Below are positions 15,625-23,151 of a stretch of DNA of 32,000 bases, piece by piece (position 1 is the first letter of the stretch; each line of letters starts with the position of its first letter). The DNA lies in the NCBI GenBank assembly GCA_038236075.1, contig JBBSTH010000003.1:2426-34425 (forward strand), written 5' to 3'. The position numbers were made by a program, and so were the translations under genes. The stretch is from Abditibacteriales bacterium. Lineage in GTDB: Bacteria; Armatimonadota; Abditibacteriia; Abditibacteriales; Abditibacteriaceae. The notes below the pieces were generated by a model that saw only the letters and a program-made list of their open reading frames with translations, did not search any database and was not told where the DNA came from.

Positions 15625-16557
15625 TTAAACGCGTTCTTCCTTCAAGAATACCTCGCGTTCCTCTGGCGTGGGCAGATTTTTGGCGAGCAAAATGTAAAGT
15701 TCGTTCACGTCTCTGGCTTTTTTGGATGCGCGTTTCACCAGCAAACGGGAGAGCGGCCCCATGTGAACCGCAAATTGGCGTTCGATTTTTTGCAAGACGA
15801 CTTCATCCCACACTTTTTCGCCAGTGGGCGTGGCTGATGGTGTCGCAGGGAGCGCCGTTGGCACGCCGAATAAAAGTGTCGTTGTTTCCAGAAAACGGGC
15901 GCGTTCGTCTTCTTTGGTGATGGAATGGCTCACCATTTGGCAAAGCGCGGCGCCATTGAACGTTTTCAGCGCACTCTGATGCACGATGACGCGGGCCATT
16001 GGGCCAATATAAAACGCCAGTTCGCGTTCGATGCGGCGCAAGGTATCGGGATTCCACCCTTCGCTTTCCTTTTTCCCCTCCGCATCGAGCGACTCAACGG
16101 GTTCAATTCCCCCTTCTTCGAGGAGCAACACGCTCTCTGTTTGTTCAGGTTCGGTGCATTGCAGCAGAGCGTGAATAGTTTTGGCGAGCCGTTCCAAATG
16201 CGCTTCGAGCGGCGGACTGAGCGCATCCAACCAGTGCGGCGTGCCGATGAAGTAACGCATATGCTTGGAGAGCGCCACGTCTTCTAAACGAAACGGCACG
16301 ATGGACAAACCTTCGGAGACTGCGTTTTGCACTTCGCGCTTGACCTGCTCGGAGATATTGGACGACGACGACAACAACAGCACGAACACGCGCGCAGAAG
16401 TGATTCCGTCAATAATGGCGTCACTCCAATCCTGGCCGGGCGTCACGTCGCGTGGCGCGATCCAGCAGCGAACACCGCGCGCTTCGAGCGTGCCGCACAC
16501 CGCGTCTGCCGTCAGTTTGTCCTGGTGAGCGTAGGAAATAAATACATCGAGCGACAT
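15625..16557 (-). CDS. TIR-domain protein with two tandem ~60-aa C-terminal helical repeats
   Basis: ATG at 16557. The N-terminus is a textbook bacterial TIR (TIR_2-like): DVFISYAHQDKLTADAVCGTLEARGVRCWIAPRDVTPGQDW..AIIDGITSARVFVLLLSSSSNISEQVKREVQNAV..GLSIVPFRL. The C-terminal repeats are WNPDTLRRIERELAFYIGPMARVIV...DERARFLE and WDEVVLQKIERQFAVHMGPLSRLLV...EEREVFLK. Confidence 0.9.
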   Translation of the reverse strand: MSLDVFISYAHQDKLTADAVCGTLEARGVRCWIAPRDVTPGQDWSDAIIDGITSARVFVLLLSSSSNISEQVKREVQNAVSEGLSIVPFRLEDVALSKHMRYFIGTPHWLDALSPPLEAHLERLAKTIHALLQCTEPEQTESVLLLEEGGIEPVESLDAEGKKESEGWNPDTLRRIERELAFYIGPMARVIVHQSALKTFNGAALCQMVSHSITKEDERARFLETTTLLFGVPTALPATPSATPTGEKVWDEVVLQKIERQFAVHMGPLSRLLVKRASKKARDVNELYILLAKNLPTPEEREVFLKEERV

Positions 16558-16599
16558 GAGAAACTTCGCCGGTTACGCGCGAGCGAAAACGACGTTAAT

Positions 16600-16881
16600 T
16601 TATTTGGCGATGCGAAACCCCATTGCCAACATGGTTTTGATGACCTGTTGCGCCACAACGCGATCATAATCTTTCTCGCTTTCGGAAAGCTCTTCGTAAG
16701 GCACAAGTCCCGGATGCTCTTTACGTTGATCGTCTCGATGCGGCCCATAGAGCCAACCGTCATCCAGACGTTGTTTTGCCCACACCTCGTGGGTATTAAT
16801 GGCGATTTCCTCCAGCAAAGCGGCGATTGATTCATCCAATTCGATATGGGAAGTATCAATCGGAGTAGGAATGTAACGCAT
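16600..16881 (-). CDS. Stand-alone RyR-domain protein (about 93-100 aa)
   Basis: The sequence ...LLEEIAINTHEVWAKQRLDDGWLYGPHRDDQRKEHPGLVPYEELSESEKDYDRVVAQQVIKTMLAMGF matches the RyR-repeat consensus (HE.W...R...GW.yG......k.hP.lvpY.eL.e.eK..dR). The start is ambiguous: ATG at 16881 (used here) or in-frame GTG at 16902 (track). Confidence 0.8.
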   Translation of the reverse strand: MRYIPTPIDTSHIELDESIAALLEEIAINTHEVWAKQRLDDGWLYGPHRDDQRKEHPGLVPYEELSESEKDYDRVVAQQVIKTMLAMGFRIAK

Positions 16882-16916
16882 GAAATTAGGCGCTTTTGGC
16901 ACAGCAATCCCTCTAA

Positions 16917-16945
16917 AATTTACTCTGCCTGTGGTCTCCTTTCAA
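16917..16945 (-). promoter_or_regulatory. Candidate sigma70-type promoter for the RyR/TIR cluster
   Basis: On the minus strand there is TTGAAA (16945-16940), a 17-nt spacer and TAAATT (16922-16917). This would place the transcription start about 5-10 nt upstream of the GTG at 16902 and about 27 nt upstream of the ATG at 16881. Confidence 0.35.
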
Positions 16946-17000
16946 CATTTTGACGATTTTCGGGCCAACCCAGTTGTGGCACGATCTCACACGATTCCCT

Positions 17001-17774
17001 TTAGTCATTCATGGATTGGCAACGCACTAACGCATTTTGCATCGCTTCGGGGTGAACGGCCAAATCGCCGGTAAAGGCGTAGTTGAGCGCGCTGATGAGA
17101 AAAAGCACCAGAGCAATTATGATGGCGAGCAAACTCGTCATGGCGGCTTGAGTCTGAAATCGCTCTATGCCAAAGAAGAACGTGAAGGCGATGGTTGCCA
17201 TGCCGCCCAGAATCAACACGACCCACATCGGGCCGGGCACTCCACTGCGACTCGCCAGCAAGCGCAAGCGCCGGTTGTCGCCGACGTCGGTGAGACGGTC
17301 GAGAATTTGAGCCATCAGCACCGATTCAGTGGGAGTCAAACGCGATTTTTGAGTGCAACTGGCCCACAGCGCATCCAATGCGATCGAGGTGCCGTCATCT
17401 GACTGGCCCTGTGTCATCAGCGGCCATTCATTTTGCACCACGCGACGCGCGTATTGCGCTGACTTGGCACGCAATTCCTCTTTAAAGGGCGCTTGAAATC
17501 CCGTTGATAACCGGCAAACATCAACAATGGCGTTGGCCTCGCGCGCGGCGACGATTTCGGCAGCACCGTATCGTTCCCACACCACGAGCACCACAAAAGC
17601 CAACACCACCGCATAAATAACACCCACAATCGCCAGAATAAAACCTGCGACATCGTGATGTTGGCGCAAAGCGAGCGGCGAAGTGCGTGCGCGCACCAGC
17701 GCCAGACCGCCCACAGAAAACAACAGCGCGACGACCGTAATCGTCACGCATAGTAGCCATAAAGGTAATACCAA
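17001..17774 (-). CDS. DUF4239 / bestrophin-like membrane protein
   Basis: The protein has an N-terminal TM helix and a second TM helix followed by ...VVWERYGAAEIVAAREANAIVDVCRL..., where EANAI is the hallmark I associate with DUF4239. Two C-terminal TM helices follow. The start codon at 17774 is TTG, and no in-frame ATG lies near the N-terminus. Confidence 0.6.
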   Translation of the reverse strand: MVLPLWLLCVTITVVALLFSVGGLALVRARTSPLALRQHHDVAGFILAIVGVIYAVVLAFVVLVVWERYGAAEIVAAREANAIVDVCRLSTGFQAPFKEELRAKSAQYARRVVQNEWPLMTQGQSDDGTSIALDALWASCTQKSRLTPTESVLMAQILDRLTDVGDNRRLRLLASRSGVPGPMWVVLILGGMATIAFTFFFGIERFQTQAAMTSLLAIIIALVLFLISALNYAFTGDLAVHPEAMQNALVRCQSMND

Positions 17775-17803
17775 AATTGAATTTTTTCTCCATTCAATTC
17801 AAA

Positions 17804-17839
17804 GATGCGCCCAATCTCAAATCAGAGATTGGGCGCATC
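17804..17839 (-). terminator. Rho-independent terminator after the AGE-like gene
   Basis: A perfect 15-bp stem, GATGCGCCCAATCTC / GAGATTGGGCGCATC, has a 6-nt loop. It lies 22 nt downstream of the TAA at 17862-17864. On the minus strand it is followed by TTTGAATTGAAT. Confidence 0.7.
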
Positions 17840-17861
17840 CTGCATTGTCAGACCGCACGAT

Positions 17862-19742
17862 TTAAACCGGCTTGATGCGAACTTTGACTTTCAAATCGTT
17901 GGAGATGTGCTCCATTTTCAAGCCTCCGGCGCGGCGGCGTTCCAGCATTTGCTGTTGCGACATCGCGTTCGATGACGGCAGATTTACCGTCAACGCTTTA
18001 GCATCGAAGTCGCCATACGGTTCGCCGTTAATCGTGACCGATTCGATTTCGATGCTGCCCGGCGGCAACAAATCGGGCGCAACGCGCAAGATGTTGTCGG
18101 GAAAAGCGCCGATTTTGGGCTTGAAGTGAAAGTCCATCGCGGTCTTGGTGATCAGCAAGTTGGTATAGACCGCCGCCAGGTAGCACAGTTCAATCGAGTG
18201 GTAAGCGCCCATCGAGTGGCTTCCTTTTTGCCGTTCGTTGCCCAGCAAATACGGCAGACCGTTCGCCAGCACGTTGAAGTAAACCGCGCCCGAATCGGTA
18301 TCGAGGAACCACGCGTTATAAAACGCCGCCGATTCCTGCGCCAGCTTGCGATATTTGTCTTCGCCCATGCAGCCGGACAAAATCAAATACGCCAGAATGC
18401 CCTGTTCCTGCTGCCACCACGCTTTGCGGTCGTGGAATGCCAGCCGGTGAAAGATTTCGCCATCGGCCACGTGACGTTCCAAAACGTCATACCAACCGCC
18501 GCGCTGCTTGTCCATAGCCACGTCGGGCATGGCGTTGGCCAGTTTGGTGGCGAGCGCGGTATAGGAATCTTTGGCGCGCAGCGAGTTCATGCGCATCAAA
18601 TTCCACGCGATTTTCAAGTCGTGACCGCCCACAGCCCGATCCTGCTGCCAGCCCCAGGTTTTGTCGGCGCTCCAATCGTCGAAGAATTTCTCCTGCACGA
18701 ACGGCGAACCGTCTTTGGCCGGAAATCGCTGTTCAATGGTATCGAAGGTATATTCCAGAAACTTCGCGTATTCTTCGCGGCCCGTCGCCAGATACAAGTT
18801 AATGAGGTAGGCGGGCGCGTGGTCGCCGACCGAGTTCCAGTTTTTGCGCGCCTGATTGTGGCCCAACGATTCGGCTTTGGGATCGAAAGTATCGGTCGTG
18901 AGATGCGAGTAGTAACCGCCCGCTTCGCTGGTGTCGAGATAGTATTTATCGAAGAGCGCAATGGTTTTCTCGGTATCGCTGAGAATGGACGGATCGCCGG
19001 TGATACGGTAGGTTTGCACCGGCCCAGCGAGCGCGTAGATTTGTTCGTAAGCCGGAAGCGCGTTCCAGTCGTCGCCAAAGAGCGAGCCGAGATGTTCTTT
19101 CACGCCGTCGGGCGTCACTTCGAGCGCGTGCAGCCAGTAAACGACGCCTTCTTTGTCGCGCTTGGCGATTTTTTCCTGCAAATACTTGGTGCCCTTTTCG
19201 GCGGCTTCCAGAAAACGATCTTCGCCGGTCAACAGGTAAGCCGAAGCGAAACCATAAACCGTGCGCGAAATGGTATCGGTTTCCTGAATGCCCGAAGGCA
19301 GCTTGTCGCCATTGAGATACAGGTTGGTGCGGTATTTGGAGTAGTCCATTGGGCCGCCTTCAAACTGCGCCTTAATGTAAAAATCGGCGACCTGACGCGC
19401 CTGCTCGACCCACCAATCCGGCTTTTCAAACTCGAATTTGCCCGCGCTTTTGCCAGGGAAAACCAGGTGTTGCGCTTCAAATTTGTAGTCGCCGTCTTCG
19501 GGGTAAAACACGCCATAGGCGAACATATAGTTGCCGGGCACGAACAACTCTTGGAGTTGATCCATCGCGTTCTGATACGATTCGCCCAGATTGCGCGTGA
19601 ACTCGGCAAAAGTCGCGGAGGTCGTTTTGCCGGAGACTTCGGTGCCACCGGGCGTTTTGATGGTGAAGGTGCCTTTTTCGGCATCGGCTTGTGTGAGGTA
19701 TCCGGCAACAGTGTCGGAAAATATCCAGTTGATTTGGTTCAT
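17862..19742 (-). CDS. N-acylglucosamine 2-epimerase (AGE) superfamily (alpha/alpha)6-barrel protein with extra N- and C-terminal domains
   Basis: 626-aa ORF with ATG at 19742. The central region shows AGE-like helical repeats: TISRTVYGFASAYLLTGEDRFLEAAEKGTKYL, YEQIYALAGPVQTYRITGD, GDHAPAYLINLYLATGREEY, GGHDLKIAWNLMRM and WWQQEQGILAYLIL. Confidence 0.75.
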   Translation of the reverse strand: MNQINWIFSDTVAGYLTQADAEKGTFTIKTPGGTEVSGKTTSATFAEFTRNLGESYQNAMDQLQELFVPGNYMFAYGVFYPEDGDYKFEAQHLVFPGKSAGKFEFEKPDWWVEQARQVADFYIKAQFEGGPMDYSKYRTNLYLNGDKLPSGIQETDTISRTVYGFASAYLLTGEDRFLEAAEKGTKYLQEKIAKRDKEGVVYWLHALEVTPDGVKEHLGSLFGDDWNALPAYEQIYALAGPVQTYRITGDPSILSDTEKTIALFDKYYLDTSEAGGYYSHLTTDTFDPKAESLGHNQARKNWNSVGDHAPAYLINLYLATGREEYAKFLEYTFDTIEQRFPAKDGSPFVQEKFFDDWSADKTWGWQQDRAVGGHDLKIAWNLMRMNSLRAKDSYTALATKLANAMPDVAMDKQRGGWYDVLERHVADGEIFHRLAFHDRKAWWQQEQGILAYLILSGCMGEDKYRKLAQESAAFYNAWFLDTDSGAVYFNVLANGLPYLLGNERQKGSHSMGAYHSIELCYLAAVYTNLLITKTAMDFHFKPKIGAFPDNILRVAPDLLPPGSIEIESVTINGEPYGDFDAKALTVNLPSSNAMSQQQMLERRRAGGLKMEHISNDLKVKVRIKPV

Positions 19743-19769
19743 GGTGTTGATTGTGGGATTGTGGGATTA

Positions 19770-22052
19770 TCAAACGTCGGCGCGTTCAGCATTATCGGGA
19801 GTTTTGCCGATGGCTTCAACTAATTCGCGTGCGCTACCTTCCGGATCGGCAGTCGCTTCTTCGCTGGCTTCCTCGCCTGAACGCAGGTCTTTGGAAACTA
19901 AAACGACAATACTACGCGGGCCAACAATGTAATTTGAACCGTGTATGGGCACTTCGCAATCGTGCAAACAAATATCCTCGAGACGGCCCAGTGAGGTATC
20001 AATGCTACGGTGCCAGTTGCGTTCGGGCACGCGCGGTAATTCGAAGGTGAGAGCGTCCCAGTGCATATTCATCATCACATGAATGTCGGGATCGGTGCCA
20101 AAGCCACCCATCGTGAAAGCCAAAGCGTGCGCTTCGCCGTCGTCCCAGCCCGGCGCATTGAGTTGGCAACCATGCCACGAGATGTCGGCCAATCCCCGCT
20201 CGTTGAGTTGGCCGTTGAAGTAGATCGCGCGCCGTAAAATCGGGTGATTTTTGCGGAATTGAATGATACGCGAGAAAAAATTGAATGTCTCAGCGTTCTT
20301 TTCAACCAAATCCCAATCGAACCACGAAATTTCGTCGTTGTGACAGTAAGCGTTGTTGTTGCCGTTCTGCGTGCGACGCACTTCGTCGCCGCCGCAAATC
20401 ATCGGCACGCCTTGCGAAAGCATCAAAATCGTGGCGAAGTTTTTGATTTGTCGTTGCCGCAAACGTTCGATTTCTGGATCGTCTGTTGGGCCTTCGACGC
20501 CACAGTTCCAACTCAAATTGTCGTCGTTGCCGTCGCGGTTGTCTTCGCCATTAGCCCAGTTATGTTTTTCATTGTAAGAAACCATGTCGTTGAGCGTGAA
20601 GCCGTCGTGACAGGTAATGAAATTAACCGAGTTGACCGGCAGTTCACAATCGTATCGGAACAGGGCGGCGCTGCCGCTCATCACATCAGCCACGCGGCCA
20701 ATCAGTCCGCCGTCGCCTCGGACGAAACGGCGAATCGCGTCACGATAATAACCGTTCCATTCGCCCCAGCGATAGCCGGGGAAATGGCCCAACTGGTTGT
20801 CGCCCGCCGCGTCCCAACATTCGGCGATCACTTTGGAATCGGCCAGAACTTCCGATAACTCGATTTGCCAGATGACCGGCGGTTTGGGCATTGGCGCGCC
20901 GTTTTCGTCGCGCGTCAGAATCACGGCTTCGTCAAAGCGAAAGCCGTCAACGTGCATCTCGCTCACCCAGAATTCGAGCGAATCCACAACGAACTTTTCG
21001 CCGATGGGATGGTTGGCATTGAAAGTGTTGCCACATCCCGTGTAGTTCATATAAAATTCTCGGTTCTCTGGCGATAACATATAGTAAGTGCTATTGCCGA
21101 AACCTTTGAAGTTAATCGTCGGCCCTGCTTCGTTGCCTTCGGAAGTATGGTTATAAACCACATCCAAAATAACTTCGATGTCCGCTTTGTGGAAAGCCTT
21201 CACCATGTCGCGGAACTCATTGATATGTTGCCCCATTTGCGGCGACATACAATAACTCGAATGCGGTGCGAAAAACCCGACGGTGCTATAACCCCAATAA
21301 TTGCACAATTGGGTGCCATCTTCCATTTCGCGCAAGCCTTCTTTGGTGTCAAAGTCGAAAACTGGCAGGAGTTCAACGGCAGTAACGCCCAACTCTTTAA
21401 GGTAGGGAATTTTGTCGATGAGACCAGTAAACGTGCCCGCTTTGGCCGTTTCTACACCCGAAGTCGGCGATTTCGTGAAACCGGCGACGTGCATTTCGTA
21501 AATCACCGTCTCTTCCATCGGGCGATTAATGGGTTTATCGCCTTCCCAATCGTAATTTTCGCTATCAACCACGACCGAACGCATCGAATTGGTCAGATTA
21601 TCGTTCCAGTCGCAGCCTTTGCCACGATCCCATAACTCGTCGGTGTTGCCTTTGGCATAGGGATCAGTCAGCACTTTATTGCGGTTATAACGGTCGCCGC
21701 GCCCTTGAATATCGTTCGGCCCATCCACGCGAAATGCGTAGTGAGCGCCTGGCTTGAGACCCTTCACGTAAACGTGCCAGAAGTGGAAGGATTTGTTTTC
21801 GATGATGTCGAAGTGAATGATCTGCGTCGGTTCGGGATCATCGTGGGCATCGAACAACAACAGTTCTATTCCGGAGGCCGCATCGGAAAACACTGAAAAA
21901 TTTACGCCATTGGCATCGGGCGTCGCACCCAGAGGATGCGAACGACCGGGTTCGGTTTCATAGTGCGTTGCTTTGGGCAACCCACGATGCGACGGTGCAG
22001 AAGCAGAGGGAGCGGAAGAGATTTGCTCTTCGGGAGCAGCAGTTTGTGGCAT
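19770..22052 (-). CDS. glgX: Glycogen debranching enzyme (GH13 isoamylase/GlgX type)
   Basis: The GH13 conserved regions are present: VILDVVYNH, VDGFRFDEA, IAECWDA and FITCHDGFTLND. An N-terminal E-set/CBM48-like segment is GVNFSVFSDAASGIELLLFD. I place the start at the ATG at 22052 (MPQTAAPEE). The longer track ORF to 22181 would overlap the upstream VOC gene. Confidence 0.9.
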   Translation of the reverse strand: MPQTAAPEEQISSAPSASAPSHRGLPKATHYETEPGRSHPLGATPDANGVNFSVFSDAASGIELLLFDAHDDPEPTQIIHFDIIENKSFHFWHVYVKGLKPGAHYAFRVDGPNDIQGRGDRYNRNKVLTDPYAKGNTDELWDRGKGCDWNDNLTNSMRSVVVDSENYDWEGDKPINRPMEETVIYEMHVAGFTKSPTSGVETAKAGTFTGLIDKIPYLKELGVTAVELLPVFDFDTKEGLREMEDGTQLCNYWGYSTVGFFAPHSSYCMSPQMGQHINEFRDMVKAFHKADIEVILDVVYNHTSEGNEAGPTINFKGFGNSTYYMLSPENREFYMNYTGCGNTFNANHPIGEKFVVDSLEFWVSEMHVDGFRFDEAVILTRDENGAPMPKPPVIWQIELSEVLADSKVIAECWDAAGDNQLGHFPGYRWGEWNGYYRDAIRRFVRGDGGLIGRVADVMSGSAALFRYDCELPVNSVNFITCHDGFTLNDMVSYNEKHNWANGEDNRDGNDDNLSWNCGVEGPTDDPEIERLRQRQIKNFATILMLSQGVPMICGGDEVRRTQNGNNNAYCHNDEISWFDWDLVEKNAETFNFFSRIIQFRKNHPILRRAIYFNGQLNERGLADISWHGCQLNAPGWDDGEAHALAFTMGGFGTDPDIHVMMNMHWDALTFELPRVPERNWHRSIDTSLGRLEDICLHDCEVPIHGSNYIVGPRSIVVLVSKDLRSGEEASEEATADPEGSARELVEAIGKTPDNAERADV

Positions 22053-22087
22053 GATCGTTGGTGGAAAACTAGCGAGCAAAAGAAATG

Positions 22088-22510
22088 TTAATTGAGTGGC
22101 GGCGGCGCGTCTTGGTCGGTGAAACCCTGCGAAATTTCCACGATGTTCCCATCGGGATCGCGAACCCAGACCGTGCGCCAACCAGGAATAAAAGCATCGA
22201 AATCGAGCGGGCCAAGCGTAACATCTGCGGCATCGCCCATCTCGCCAAGCGTTGCGTCCACATTTTCCACTTGAAAAGCGATGTGGCGCACGCCCGCCGT
22301 ATGCGGCCCGTCGGCCTCGAAATTTTGTAGAGCGTCGCCCTCAGCGGCGAACAGTTCCAGGTAAACCGCGCCCGCTTTAAGAAATACGATTTGCGTCTCG
22401 CCCAACGGAATGACGCGCGCGCGCTGGAAACCAAAATAGCGCGCGTAAAAACGTTCGGTGGCCAGAGGATCGCGGCACGAAAGCGCAATGTGAGAAAAAG
22501 TAGTGGTCAT
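22088..22510 (-). CDS. VOC (glyoxalase/bleomycin-resistance/dioxygenase) family protein
   Basis: The sequence FSHIALSCRDPLATERFYARYFGF...YLELF...GVRHIAFQVENVDA...VWVRDPDGNIVEI is the typical paired beta-alpha-beta-beta-beta pattern. ATG at 22510 (MTTTFSHIAL). The track start at 22522 is TTG. Confidence 0.8.
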   Translation of the reverse strand: MTTTFSHIALSCRDPLATERFYARYFGFQRARVIPLGETQIVFLKAGAVYLELFAAEGDALQNFEADGPHTAGVRHIAFQVENVDATLGEMGDAADVTLGPLDFDAFIPGWRTVWVRDPDGNIVEISQGFTDQDAPPPLN

Positions 22511-22518
22511 AATACAAA

Positions 22519-23139
22519 TCAACCATCCTGAGAGCGACCATCGAAAGGTAGGTCTGCTTCGGCTCTGGCTTTGGCATTGATCATTTCGATGATCTGACGC
22601 GCCAAGAGATGACAGTGGCCGCCAGTGCGTGCCGTGACCAAATCGCCGTCTACGACAACATCTTGATCGATATAAATGATGCCCATGTTGCGAGCGTCGC
22701 CATGCAAGTTGTTATGAACAACGGCTTTGCGTCCGCGCACCACTTCGGGAATTGGCGCCATCAGCCACATCCCATGACAGATGATGCCTTTGATCACATC
22801 TTCATTCTCGAAAGCCTGCTGCAAGAACGCGGTTGCAGGCGGTAATTTGGAGATATCTTCGGTGTAGCGCAAGCGGTCGGCAACCATTCCGGCGGGCACA
22901 ATGATAGCGTCATAAGACGCCAATTCATTATCGCTCATACCTTCGAGACTTTTCTCCTCGAAGTTGCCGGAAATGTGGTATTCGTGACCTTTGAAATCGA
23001 TCACCGATTGGCCCCACAAACGAGTGAGAAAGACAACATCAATGCTTTCTTCGGCAAAGCGGTGTTGGTAATACCAGATTTCTGGTTCGTAAAAGTCGCT
23101 TTCAATCAAGATGCCGACTTTTTTAGTTTTGGGTGTCAT
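22519..23139 (-). CDS. DJ-1/PfpI family protein
   Basis: ATG at 23139 is preceded by AAGGAG. The motifs KVGILIESDF, YDAIIVPAG, the nucleophile elbow GIICHGMWLM and VVVDGDLVTAR are present. Confidence 0.85.
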   Translation of the reverse strand: MTPKTKKVGILIESDFYEPEIWYYQHRFAEESIDVVFLTRLWGQSVIDFKGHEYHISGNFEEKSLEGMSDNELASYDAIIVPAGMVADRLRYTEDISKLPPATAFLQQAFENEDVIKGIICHGMWLMAPIPEVVRGRKAVVHNNLHGDARNMGIIYIDQDVVVDGDLVTARTGGHCHLLARQIIEMINAKARAEADLPFDGRSQDG

Positions 23140-23151
23140 GAATTCTCCTTT

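Noticed and set aside
10554-16902. All five cluster genes lack a recognisable Shine-Dalgarno, whereas many neighbours have one (STAND, 7695, 8899, FecR, DJ-1, GMC, NmrA). I considered this a signature of foreign origin.
   Set aside because: It is not exclusive to the cluster. glgX, the AGE-like gene, the 30111 gene and the 26961 gene also lack an obvious Shine-Dalgarno. It is therefore only weak evidence.
19749-19768. Tandem octamer GATTGTGG x2.5 lies in the 27-nt spacer between glgX and the AGE-like gene.
   Set aside because: It is too short for significance. It may simply be the local translation-initiation region.
18126-19823. A 565-aa plus-strand ORF spans almost the whole AGE-like gene region. 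Similar long antisense or alternate-frame ORFs occur elsewhere, e.g. 5711-6304(+), 4007-4504(+), 25976-26833(+) and 13524-14318(-).
   Set aside because: They lie antisense to, or out of frame with, genes that have clear family motifs. Their translations are Arg/Gly/Ala-rich low-information sequences, typical of the non-coding frames of GC-rich genes. None shows a recognisable domain.
22053-22181. N-terminal extension of GlgX in the track ORF (MAHGLGSRSRWEHRGNF...).
   Set aside because: It would overlap the 3' end of the well-supported VOC gene by ~90 nt. The extension is Arg-rich with no family features. The ATG at 22052 gives a normal GlgX N-terminus.
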